DNA of 64,000 bases, from assembly GCA_024679065.1 (NCBI GenBank), contig JAGIQG010000028.1, positions 992,001 to 1,056,000 on the forward strand, in the 5' to 3' direction. The notes under the pieces are model-generated. The model made no database searches and was not told where the DNA came from. It saw only the letters and a list, made by a program, of their open reading frames with translations. The position numbers were made by a program, and so were the translations under genes. The DNA is from Sphyrna mokarran. Lineage: Eukaryota. This document shows positions 23,410-35,121 of the stretch, one piece after another. Numbering within the stretch: position 1 is the stretch's first letter; every line of letters starts with the position of its first letter.

Positions 23410-23544
23410 GGCCAGAATTCTTTGGCCATTCACAACGGTGGGATTCTCCAGTGCTGCTGCAATGAATGGGGATTTGGTTGAGCACCAAATCCTCATCCTC
23501 ACTGGCAGCAGTGGTGAGATGTGAAGAGCTAGAAAATTCCAGCT
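23410..23544. mobile_element. Harbinger-type MITE
   Basis: Imperfect TIRs ggccagaattct / agaaaattccagct. Confidence 0.55.
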
Positions 23545-23678
23545 ATAAAAGCACAATTTAAAGAGTTCATTCTTGGACCCAGGATCAGCACTGTTCCTAA
23601 ATAGACAGGTCCAAATTGTTCTGAAACTGAGGTCATTAATATGGCATCTCGTCCTAGTACACATGCGTTTGAGGCAAA

Positions 23679-24018
23679 CAGCGTGATACAGTGGTTAGCA
23701 CTGCTGCCTCACAGCAGCAGGGACCTGGATTCAATTCTGGAATTTGCACGTTCTCCCCATGTCTGCATGAAAATAATTTACTTCAGAAAATAAGTCAAAG
23801 ATAAAGGTTTAATAAATTAACTTCCTCTGGGTGCTCCAGTTCCCTTCCACACTCCAAAGATGTGCGGGTTAGGTTGATTATCTATGCTAAATTGCCCTCA
23901 GTATCAGGGGATTAGCAGGGTAAATATGTGAGGTTATAGGAATAGGTCCCAGATGGGACAGTTGTGCAGTCTTGATGGGCTGAACAGTCTCCTTCTGCAC
24001 TGCAGTGACTCTCTGATT
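23679..24018 (+). mobile_element. HE1 V-SINE carrying a 54-bp internal insertion
   Basis: Head 'cagtggttagcactgctgcctcacagc', V-core split at 23770/23824, CR1-type tail. Confidence 0.9.
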
Positions 24019-24603
24019 GTTCATCCAGAAAACAACAAATGAACTTACTTCAGAAAATAAGTCAAAGAAAAAGGTTTAATAAATTAATTTCATTATTCCA
24101 ATACTTGGGGCCATACCCTGGCCAATACAAGTTTCCCACAATTCCCATCTGCTTTCTAGGTCAGCTGACCCTCAGAGCATGTTCCCATTGGTTACATTAT
24201 AACAATGGTGGGAGTGTGGGAGGTGTGAATTGTTGGTGTAGGCGGGAGATGAGCTTCCTCTAGCACTTCCCAACACTTCTGTGTTTCTGTGGCCCTTTAC
24301 AAAAATTTTACAAAAATGGGCCAATGCATAGAAATTTCAAATCTAAAACCAGGAAATTCTGGAAACGCTGAGAAAGTCAGACAGTATCTATGGAGATAGA
24401 AATAGTGACTGAGTGACAGGAGGTAGAGGGTAATGTTTAATGGATGTTTTTGGGGCTGGAGATTTGTTGTGGAGTTCCCTCAGGATCACTATTGGGGCCC
24501 TTCCCTTTCCCAATTATTTGTAGTCACATGAACCTCGGTGCAAAGGACACAATTTCAAAAATTTGTGGACAGATGAATCTTGGAAGCATTGAAAACTGAG
24601 GAG

Positions 24604-25415
24604 TATGAGGGGCCAGATCAGAAACTCCAAGGCATTTTATGAAATTAGTATTGGCCCCAATTTTTACATTTGATGGCATTAGGGTGAGCACAAGGTGTTT
24701 AATTGCAGACATGATGCAAGTGACCCACTAGGAAGCTTCGATCAAAACAAGCTTTATTTAAGAACACAGTTTGAATATAACAAAATGAATTAGCAAAATG
24801 TTTACTAATTAAGTACTTAAATATAGTATCATTCTTAACAGCTAATTATCTCTGATGTTCTAATATAAGTAATACCCCATAAACATAAATTTTTTCTTCA
24901 GAAATATTTAGCAACAAAAACATATATCCTCATGTGGATGCAAGATTTCCAGCCTTTTAAAGCTTCTGGACAGAGATTCAGACAACATATTTCAACGAAA
25001 GATGCATCCTCAAACAACAAAAATTCAAGAAATAAATTAATCTCAAGTGGATCCCAGTCTTTAGACATCAGGGAGAAAATGATAGGCACTGCTCTCTAAC
25101 AATCCCAAGCAGCACCTGACTTGATATTCTGTGTAGGCCTAACTCTATCCAATCATATGATTTTACTGGTCAATCAACCTAACGAGTCCAATTCCACAAA
25201 ATCTCAGGGGCATACATCAAAAACAATAGAAAATAGCATTTGCTCAGATTAAAATAAACATTCTAACAATTAAGAGCAATTATGCTGCTGCAGTAACAAC
25301 ACAGGACTGCCAAATATAGACAAAATAGCAAAGATAATTTTAAAAAATTACTAATACAGATCTTACACAAGAAACAGGTCCCAAGTGCATTTCATGAAGG
25401 CACTGTATCATGACA
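24604..25415 (-). mobile_element. Probable solo LTR (~810 bp)
   Basis: Cleanly interrupts the CR1 RT; ends ta(tg)...tgaca; flanks ggag/ggtg fit a 4-bp TSD with one mismatch; aataaa on the minus strand near 24755. Confidence 0.6.
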
Positions 25416-26019
25416 GGTGAATTCTGTTGAATTTCAAAGCAACAGAGATAAGATTATGGAAAGAGTGGACAGTTGATAGCTTAAGTTCAATGCAGAGAAA
25501 TGTGGAATGATTCATTTTCATTGGGAGAACATAGAGACAATATAAAATAATAGGTAACATTCTTAAAGGGGTGCAGCAGGAGAGGGACCTATGGGTATAA
25601 ATGTGTATAAATCATTGAAGGTGACAGGACAATGTGAGAGAACAGTTAATAAAGCAGACAGAATCCTGGGCTTTATTGATAGGGGCACAGAGTATGTCAG
25701 CTAGAAGGTTATGCTGAATTTGTGTAACTGGAGTATTGTGTCTGGGCACAACACCTTTGGAAAGGAGTGAAAGCATTGGAGAGAGTGCTGAAGAAAATCA
25801 TGAGAATGGTTCTAGGAATGAAGAGCTTCACTGAAGAAGACAGACTGGAGAAGAATAGAACAATTTTCCTCGGGTAAGAGAAGCTTGAGAGATCATCTTA
25901 AATCATAAAGAGATCAGATAGGGGAAACTTTTCCTATTCATGAAAGGATCATGAATGAGAGAGGACACAGATTTAAAATAATTTGTGAAAGAAGCAGAGG
26001 CAAAATGAAGAAAAAGTTT

Positions 26020-26259
26020 TTCATACAGTGAGTGGTTAGGATCTGGAATGTACTGTCTGAGAGTGTAGTGGAGACAGATTCATGCAGCGAGTGGTTAGGA
26101 TCTGGAATGTACTGTCTGAGAGTGTAGTGGAGATAGATTCACACAGCGAGTGGTTAGGATCTGGAATGCACTGTCTGAGAGTGTAGTGGAGATAGATTCA
26201 CACAGCGAGTGGTTAGGATCTGGAATGTACTGTCTGAGAGTGTGGTGGAGACAGATTCA
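26020..26259 (+). repeat. 59-bp tandem repeat x4 derived from CR1 coding sequence
   Basis: Unit cacagcgagtggttaggatctggaatgtactgtctgagagtgtagtggagatagattca. Confidence 0.97.
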
Positions 26260-26454
26260 ATTGTATAATTCAGAAAGGAAATAGACTTTTATCTGTAAAG
26301 GAAGACCATGCAGGGTTATGGTAGTCAGAAAAGTGGAACTAAGTGAATTGTTCATTTGGAGAGTTATTGCAAACATGAGGGGCTGAGTGGTCTCCTGTGC
26401 TGTGACAGTTTGGTGATTCTATGGCTCTGAGTTTATATCTTAAGTTTAAAGATT

Positions 26455-26570
26455 ATTGATCTGAAATATTAATTCTGTTTTCATTCACAGATGCTGCAAA
26501 ACCTGTTGAATATTTCCAGCATTTTTATTTCTAGTTCAGATTTCCAGCATCTAAAATATTTTATTTTTTA
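26455..26570 (+). mobile_element. Penelope-type terminal repeat remnant
   Basis: 'cacagatgctgc..acctgttgaatatttccagcatttt...tcagatttccagcatct'. Confidence 0.65.
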
Positions 26571-26774
26571 TTCATAGAATTCATAGAATCCTTACAATGC
26601 AGAATGAGGCCATTCAACTCATCAAACCTACACTGACATGCTGACAAAGCATGCATTCGGGCTCTATCCCCGTAACCCTATGTATTTCTCTGCTAATCCC
26701 CCTAATCTACACATTTTGGGATACACTAAGTGGCAATTTAGCACAGCCCAATCTACTTAACCTGCATTATCTTT
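26571..26774 (-). mobile_element. HE1 SINE 3' part
   Basis: 'catagaatccttacaatgcagaatgaggccattc...ggcaatttagca'. Confidence 0.8.
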
Positions 26775-27486
26775 CACCACATAAATGTTTACACCTTTAT
26801 GACTATATCTGCTTCCTCTGGAATCTTTGGAAATTTAGAAGGATAGTTTGTAGTCATTGGAAAAATCTAGACATCAGCAAAGTTCCCATCTGTTCCTTAA
26901 CTAGAAACACAATTCTAGAAGTGTGAATACAGTTCATGATTTTATGCATTATTCCTACATTTGACAATTTCTCCAAATTGTGTGATAATGTATTCATCAT
27001 GCCTCAGTTGTCAGTTATGGTTCTTTGAAGTGGATTGGCAGTTCAAGGAGATGCTTGTTAAGTGAGGAGAGCAAGCTGTTCATACAGCCAACTTCATTGC
27101 ATAGCAACCAATCAGGTGAGAAAAGTCAGTAATAAAGGTCAGTGGGGATTTATGTTGTCAACATTTAACGCAATCTTTCAAAAAAATCCTTTAAAACTTA
27201 AGGAGATAAAATACAGAAGCAGGAAAATAAAAAAAAGAGCTGACATTTTGAGTCCAGATGATGCTTTGTCAAAACTAACATATATTATCATTTGGGTTTA
27301 CACTCTGACTCACTTGCATTTCCTAGAAGCTATAAACATTCGTACCCTGGGACCTGTCCCTCTGCAAAAGAAAGGAAGATATCTGGTGATTGTGTCTTTT
27401 TGAATTAAACACGCATAGGGGTCGCTAGTTCCCTGGTACCTTCTCCATGGCAACACCTTGACCAGGCAGAATTGATGTACCTACCA

Positions 27487-28302
27487 GAGAGATCTTAGGG
27501 CACATGTCTCCAGATTCCTGAAAACAGCAGGACAGGTAGGTAAGGTGGTTAAGAAGGAATGTGGAATACTTGCCTTCATTACCTAAGGCATAGAATGTAA
27601 GAGCAGGGAGGTTTTGATGGAACTGTATAAAACTCTAATTAAGCCCCAGTTAGAGTACTGTGTGAAGTTCTGGTTGCCAAATTATAGGAAGATATGATTA
27701 AGGTCGAGAGGAGATTCACCAGGATGTAGCCTGGGCTGGAGTGTTTCAACTCTAAAGAGAGACTGGCTGGGCTGGGGTTGTTTTCCTTCGAGCAGAGAAG
27801 GCTGAGGGGGGACCTGATTGAGATGTACAAAAATATAAGGAGCTTAGACAAAGTAGGTAGACAGAAACTTTTCCCCTTAGCAGAGGGGTAAATAACCAGG
27901 AAACGTTGATTTCAGGTAAGTGAGAGGAGATTTAAATGGAATTTGAGAAAAAATCTTTTTACCTAGAGGGTGCTGGGAATCTGGAACTCACTACCCGAAA
28001 GGGTGGTAGAGGCAGAAACTCTCACAACATTTAATAAACACTTGAAACATCCTGGGTAGGATTTTTTCAGCTGCCTCACCCCAAAACAAAAAAGTCTCAC
28101 CGAGGTCAATGGACCTTTCGATGGTCTGCCCCTCACTCGCTCTGATTCCCATGGTGGGTGGAATGGGAAAATTCACCCTCATGGTGTACAAGGCTATAAA
28201 CCAAGGATTGGAAATCGGATTAGAGATAGATCCTTGATTGTCAGCACAGACACGATGGGCCAAAGGACCTGTTACTGTGCTGTAAAGCCTATAACTCTCT
28301 GA
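27487..28302 (+). mobile_element. CR1 3' fragment with a MITE inserted
   Basis: LYKTLIKPQLEYCVKFW.P.YRK, LFSFEQRRLRGDLIE and a CR1 tail. Confidence 0.9.
28054..28178. mobile_element. Harbinger-type MITE inside CR1
   Basis: TIRs gggtaggatttt / aaaattcaccc; host CR1 is continuous on both sides. Confidence 0.7.
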
Positions 28303-28876
28303 CAATCAGTATTTTTTTCTCAAGCAATCTGTTGCTCCCTTTGAAATTTAACATTCTTACATCTGACCTGATGAGTGTGCAGCAAAAAGCTTCAACAGCA
28401 AGTATTATTTTGCATTATTCAAATTGTATAATTGATTTGCAAATTTAAGTTCTAAGAGCCCAAAATGCAATAATGGAATTAATGTTCATCCACTGCAAGA
28501 TATCCTTGTGAACTATCTAACAAGTATGTCCAAAAATTCTGTTTTACACTAATATTGCAGTTGTGTATTACTAAAAGGAAATTAAAATAGCCTCAAGGCA
28601 TTGTATCATATTGCTAAATCATTGAGATTTATTTCTGTGTACAATACATGCCTGCTACGTTATTCCCCATAACAGTCGTGAAATGAAACCTAATATTGTT
28701 CAGGTCAAACCATCGAATGTGAACCTTTCAGGTTATATCTTCTTGTCTGATTGAGTCATTTTGCTGTTGTCACTCCCATAGATGACCAAGAACTGAATAA
28801 TACAATAAAAATCTCTCTTAAAAACAAAATATTAAAGATGCTGGAAATCTGAAATATAAGCAGAGAAAGGGGAACT

Positions 28877-29096
28877 TATAGGTACATCTATACATTTACT
28901 ATAGGTCTATCTAAATGCTATGTATGGATTATCAAAAGAACGATCTATAGGACTATTTATGGGGCTGTCTTTATGGATACCTTCAAGGCTATCTGTGACA
29001 TTACCTTTGGGACTATCTATAGAGCTCTCCATAAGGTTATCTATAGGACTATCTATAGGCAATTGATTAGACTCCCAGTGGGATTATCTGTGGAGC
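28877..29096 (+). repeat. Degenerate 12-bp minisatellite (ctataggactat)n
   Basis: Recurrent 'tctataggactat' at ~28944 and ~29040, with 12-bp-phased variants. Confidence 0.7.
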
Positions 29097-29174
29097 ATTT
29101 TATCATTCTTTCAGATACCGTGGGTAGAAAACTACAGGGAAGAAGGAAGACATATTAGCAGCAATATTTTGGAA

Positions 29175-29398
29175 GGTGGCGTCATCAAATCAGATGCGAT
29201 GGAGACACAGGAGCTGAGAGAACCGGGGTGAGGTCTGTACAGGGTCTGGCTGTGAAGTACCAAGTGTCAAGATAGCTGTGGGAGTCAGTGGGTTTGTAAT
29301 AGATACATGGAGACAGATAACTCAAGGAAGGGAAGTGTTGGAAACGGATTATGTGTGGGTGGAAATTGGAAGCAAAATTGATCAACTTTTCCAGCTTC
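29175..29398 (-). mobile_element. Penelope-like RT C-terminal fragment
   Basis: LEKLINFASNFHP, IYYKPTDSHSYLD, SQLL.L.RI. Confidence 0.85.
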
Positions 29399-31041
29399 AT
29401 TTGTGCACTTTGTTTTGTTTCCTTCAAATCATTTTCATGGTGCTAATTATAAATGACAATAAAAATCAAAAAGCTTTTCCAGTCACAGGTCGTTGAACAT
29501 GTTGAGTGTGTATGAATAATAGCTAAATGAGCTGAAGCTTTAATATTCATTCTTAAATTTAAATGTGTCTTATAAGAGAATTCTTGGGGCAAATAAGAAG
29601 TAATTTGAGTACATAACACATGTAGAAAGAAACCAGCTTTTCTGAAGGGTCACCCTGACTCAAAACATTCCTTAATTTTCATTCTTAAAGTCACTTTTTC
29701 TTGTAGTCGGTTAGTTACATTGACTTAAAACCATTTAGTGCTTGAGCATGTTGTTAAGGTTGAATTTGATAATGGTGAATGGTTATCATATCTAACTTTC
29801 AATTTGTGTCCATGGAAGAAAAAGGCCTTCATTTATAAAAATCACAGCATCCCATAGACAGCCAAAAACAGTAGCTGCAATTGACAAACTGGGCAGCACA
29901 AACCAAGAGAATGATTCACGTGCTTAATGGGGCTGTTCAAACTGTCCATTCTACTGAAGTCTCGCAACTTCAACATTCACAATTAAGTTACATTGAATAA
30001 TTTTGTGCAAAGGATTTCAGGACAGTTGGTAAAGCAGAGATTCTCCGGTTAAACTGCTCATTGCAATTCTAACTTGTAAATTTCAGAGCCTTCTTCAATC
30101 CTCTGAAAGCTTTAATCAATTTTTAGTGGCTTGTGCATGCTCAAGATAGAAAAGGCTCTTCACAAATTCAGATTTGGAATTAAAATAGCCTTGATTTTCT
30201 TCAAATCATATAACACAGTCGGGGGCCTTTCGGCCCAACATGACTGTGCCAGCTCTTACATTTCATGAGATTCTTGTGTCTTCAATGAGTTTCAGCAGAG
30301 TTCTTTACAAAGGGAAACTGATTTAACAATTTCGCTCAAGAAGCCAGAGGAATAACAGTGTGGGAAAATGAAAAGATGTAAAACTGGTTCTGTCGATGAT
30401 ACTCTTCTGAGGTTGTGACTGAGGCATATTGTTCAGAACAGTCTAATCTTCTCATAGCTAATCAGGGAGCCTTTGTTATTTGGTTCATCAACAGGATGGT
30501 GTTACATTCTTGAACACTGACCTTCTTCAGCCTTAAACACAATAAAATATATATTAAAAATTGTCACAAAGAAAGGGCTCTTCTAATGTTGAATCCTATC
30601 ACAGTTCAGAGGTGAATTCTTAAAGATGTTGTAATAGAATAACAAATCATAGCTTGAGGATAAATAGCCATGACTAATTTTCCCATGTTATTAATATGAA
30701 ATATTCCCATTTTAAGATAAAAATACTTTAATTAAAATATAAATAATACATTTTGGTTTTGGCTTATATTTATCATTTTATGGCAGAATTGTTCCAGGTT
30801 TATCCCTGTTTAGAAATGTAATAATGTTTGCTTTCCTTTGAAATATTTTTCTTATTTTTAGCTCTGTTGTAATCATTCCGGTAGGGACCATTAACATTTC
30901 AAAAGAAATCCAAACATTTCATTTTGACCAATGGAGCAACACTAGAGGATTTTACTCGATTTAACAAAGCAAACTTTATTGTATATGAAAGAATTTAATA
31001 AAACCCAGAGCCATTTATTTAATAATACACTTTATTGCTTC

Positions 31042-31140
31042 AACAAAAGCAGAAAATGCTGGAAAATCCCAGTAGGTCTGACAGTATCTGTGAAGAGAAA
31101 ACACGGTGAATATTTCGAGTCTGGGTGACTCTTCATAAAG
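31042..31140 (-). mobile_element. Penelope-type terminal repeat with a hammerhead-like remnant
   Basis: Minus strand reads ctttATGA-a-GAGTC-accca-GACTC-GAAA, followed by 'cacagatactgtcagacct.ctg'. Confidence 0.7.
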
Positions 31141-34100
31141 GTTGGTTTCTTTCTACCTTTGTTATGCACTCAGGTTACTTCTTATTTGCTCCAAGAATTC
31201 TCTTATAAGGTACATCAACCTCAAATTTATTTAACTGAGCAGGAACCATCCATAAGTATACAACAAAGTTCTGGATAATTCTCTTTAGTTCCAGCTGTTC
31301 TCAGAAGTAACATTTTCATTTACCCTCTTTTGACTTCAGAATCCTCTGCCCCTTGTTCTGGTTTCTCAAACCTTCAAAGTTAATGTTCAAAGCACATTAA
31401 TTTATTTGCTGCAAGACTCTGGAGGAGTATGGAAGAATCTTCTATTAGTTTCTCAGTGGGCAATCTTCCAGCTTCTGTACCTTCACAAATTTAAACTGAA
31501 ACTAAACATTACCTGCATGCTATATGATTAATTATGAGATTAGGTTTTCATTCTGCTTAAAATGCATGTGTATCTAGTTGTCATTTATTTTAGTTGCCTT
31601 TTCTCAATGAGCTGCAAACCATAAAAATTCCAACCAGCAACTAACTCTCTAAGCAAAACCACCGGATAAATTAAAACTACAGAAGCTTGCCAAGCAAGAT
31701 TCATTTCCAATATTGTCTCTCTGGGTTGCCCTAAAAATGCTCTTTAGATTAATTATCCCCAATTTCTCCTTTAATCTGGTGAAGTCAATGGTTTTTGCAA
31801 CCTTTAATGCTTTGCTGAATGGTTTTAAGCTAATTTAGCTCAATTTTACAGAACAAAAACAGATGTCTGTACTGCCCTTGTTTTTGCGAACATTGCAGAT
31901 ATAGTATTGCCAGCTCTTTAGCTAAGTCATTTAACCGACTGCTTTGATCTCACCTGTTCAATTCTGACTTTAATAAACAAACATGGCTCATTCTTTAAAT
32001 GTATTTATGTGCTCCAAGCTTGTTTTAATTTTATTTATCTGATTTTCATGGTTAACTTTTATTTCGTGTAACTTAAAATATATATATTCTGACGCACATG
32101 AACCATGAAGGAGACATTCACAGCATTGTTCTTTCTTATATCGGTCTTCCCTTTCCTGTTTTGCAAACCCAGAGCAGCTTCACCTGATTCCTAACTTGGC
32201 TGATTCTGTGCGTGGGAACAGCAATGTTGTGAAATTGTATACAGGCTCTGTGTTCATGTGACCAGCTATTGTCTTTAATCCTCTGGGTCCCGTACACACT
32301 AACGTATTCAGGTAGATTACAGATTTTCATTTTTGGTTTCAAGTTATATTATTTTATTGTAACACTGGTGTAATTGCTTTTTCTTTGTAACATCGGAGTT
32401 CTGCAATCTGTTGTGAATAGATTAATTGTTCAAATTGCACAAAGCGCTTTGGTTATTCCAAGGCGCTGGAATTAGAATGAAATATTTTTGCTTTAATTAT
32501 TTTGACACGTTTTGTTGCCTGAGCATCGGTTTCTCTATGTGGCCTGTAAACAAAGTTGCCCAAATTGTTTCGTCTGTTGGTGTGACGAATGTGATTTTTA
32601 CTTTCAGAAGTAATAGGAGAAGTGTGGGTTTCTGACGGATCCTTAATGACCAATAAACTCGACCACAATTAGAGATTCAGTGTATCCCGGACATACTGAC
32701 CCATTAATAGGGTTGTTATTTTGCCTCCTAAGGAACACATTCTGTTCACAGGAATACTGTCCTGTTTGGACACAACAGCATGTATTGAGGAAATGTTTTA
32801 CAGAAACTTCCATGTTTCAGGTTCATTTTCTTATCGCTTTTTAAAACTGGCAACTCCTTCACACTAGAGAAAAACAAACAATTATTTCAGCCTTTCGGTA
32901 CCTGGAAACTTCTTCCTCATTTTCAAAGTTTCACTGTGAGGCTGAGTTACTCTGAAGCAGCTTTAGTGCCGAATTCTAGAAAGGGATGGTCACTTTTAAA
33001 ATTCTTGTAAAAAAATAAAGAAAACCAGCTAGTCCCCATGATATAAACAAAAGCAAACTTTTATCTTTCTCTTTTTGTCAGCGATTCTTCTTAACTTTGC
33101 TTTTTCAATCTTTGAATTTCCAGCTCCAATTTTCATGTGCAGAAGCCTGAGTCCCACATTCCATTCACTGATTCCCAAAGTCTCTGAGCTGTGAAAATCC
33201 TCATCTCTCAGTCTCCCAATCTCCTCTAATCCAGAGTGCAATGAGCTATATCCCCTTGTCATTATTTCTGCCTTATAACACTTCCTTCTTGTTCTTTAGA
33301 TGATTTAAAATCTTCACACTGCACTGAAATGATAACAAGTGCAATTATAACAAACACAAGAGATGATTTTAAGTTTTATAATCTCATACAGGAATTGAAC
33401 TAAAGGATTGAATATGTTGATTCCATTGGCTATCTCTTGTATTAACTGTTCTCTTTGCATTGCTCATGTGAGGGCAGGTTGTGGGTTATGATAGCACAGA
33501 TTGGGAAGGCCTCAATGCTGGAATCCAGTGATGGAATGGGGGAGGGAAGGTGGGGAGTCCTGATGTCCGTGGAGGAAGGGAGGAGTTCTCCCAATCAACA
33601 CACCCTGAAGCAGGGTTGACTGACATGTTTTGGGTCCTGCACCCTCTACCCTCCCCCCCAACCCCCCACAATGTGGAACTCTCCAGAACAGTGACTGAAT
33701 GTGGAATGATTGAGGTGTGAAGCACACCTGAGAAGCTGGCGAGATCACTCTGTTATTCTCATCGTTTTGATACTTAGAAATATTTTCAGAAAATTCTGCC
33801 TCGTGGTCCTTTCCTTTTTGTTTAAATCCCACAACCCCTCCCATAGTTAGAATATAACTCATCCTGGTGAACATGGTAAAGATCGAGGACCCTGATTGGA
33901 AAGATCTGTGAGATAATCATGTCTCTATCTCTCTCTTCAATGGTTTCTATTTCAAATCCAGTATTTTGATTCTATTTGGGCTGTTCTCATTTGAACGTGT
34001 ACAATATGTTAATGACATCCCATTGTGTGGTGGTGAGGGAGGGGGAAATGGCATTTCTAAAAACCTGCACTGATTCGTTTCTTCCCTTTTTATACAATCC

Positions 34101-34564
34101 CAGAAACCTTCTTAAAAAGTCTTGGGAATTCTGATGAACCAAATAACAGTGGCATTGATCCTCCAGTGAGGAAATTCTGGTGGGATTTCAACATGGGATC
34201 AGGCCATCTTCACCCCAAAATTGGAAAATCCCACCCGAGGTCAATGGATCTTTGCGCGCCTCCCCCACCCCTCCCCCCTACCATTCCCATGGTGGGTAGG
34301 ACAGGAAAATTCCAGCTTATATTTTTATAATTGCAATTTGATTTGTTAGTTGTTCTTAATTCAGTCACAATACACAGAGAACCTGAGAACCAAAGAGAAT
34401 TACCTCAGACTCTTAACAATAAGTTCAATAAGACATTGCTTCCATGTTATTTTCCTGAGTCTGGGGAGACTGTTATTTTGCTGTTCTCTTGCTGTGTGTA
34501 ACTAATGTTATTTGTTAATATTTCTGTTGTCTATTGTGGAATTCTGTAAAGTACAATTGTAGAA

Positions 34565-34668
34565 GCTGTGTGTGTGTGTCTGTGGGTAGGTATGTGGATG
34601 TGAGCGTGGGTGTGTGCGTGCGCACGTGCATGCATGTATGATCTGTGTCTGTGGTGTGTGTGTGTGTA
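34565..34668. repeat. Imperfect (TG)n microsatellite
   Basis: Directly visible. Confidence 0.9.
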
Positions 34669-34850
34669 ACTAATTTAGTTAAGCTGGGGATTGAATGTCT
34701 ACAAAGTGAGGATATCAAAGAGACTTAGTGTGAAAGGCAGGCATTTGAGGTGAATAAGGACAAGTTAAATGTTCTACAGGTAAAAGCAACATGGGTTGAT
34801 ATTTGCATGAGTAGAATCCTCATGAATCCATGAATGAACAGCCTTCAGCA

Positions 34851-34874
34851 CCCCCCCCCCCCCCCCCCCCCCCC
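34851..34874. repeat. Poly-C tract (24 nt)
   Basis: Directly visible. Confidence 0.95.
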
Positions 34875-35121
34875 TGCCAAGAGAAGTACCTGTTTGTTTC
34901 AGAGTGCAGGGTTTCAGTCATAATGTCTGGAATTTCCACAAGTGAGTGTGGGAGAGAAACCCTGTGAAATATTTCCCCTACAGCAACACTGAGTTGCACC
35001 TTATGGTAGTATGATTGTAATCTTTTTGGATTAAGTATCTATAAGGACCATTGCCTGAATGGGTTTTTATTTGTAAGGCTAATCAAATAAATATCTTTCA
35101 AGATAATATTCCATTACATTT

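Larger units (their letters stand above)
24408..26428 (+). mobile_element. Old CR1 (RT to 3' end), interrupted by a solo LTR and containing a 59-bp tandem array
   Basis: GVPQGSLLGP, KFNAEKC..IHF, ILGFIDRG, RIWN.L and a CR1 tail. Confidence 0.85.
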
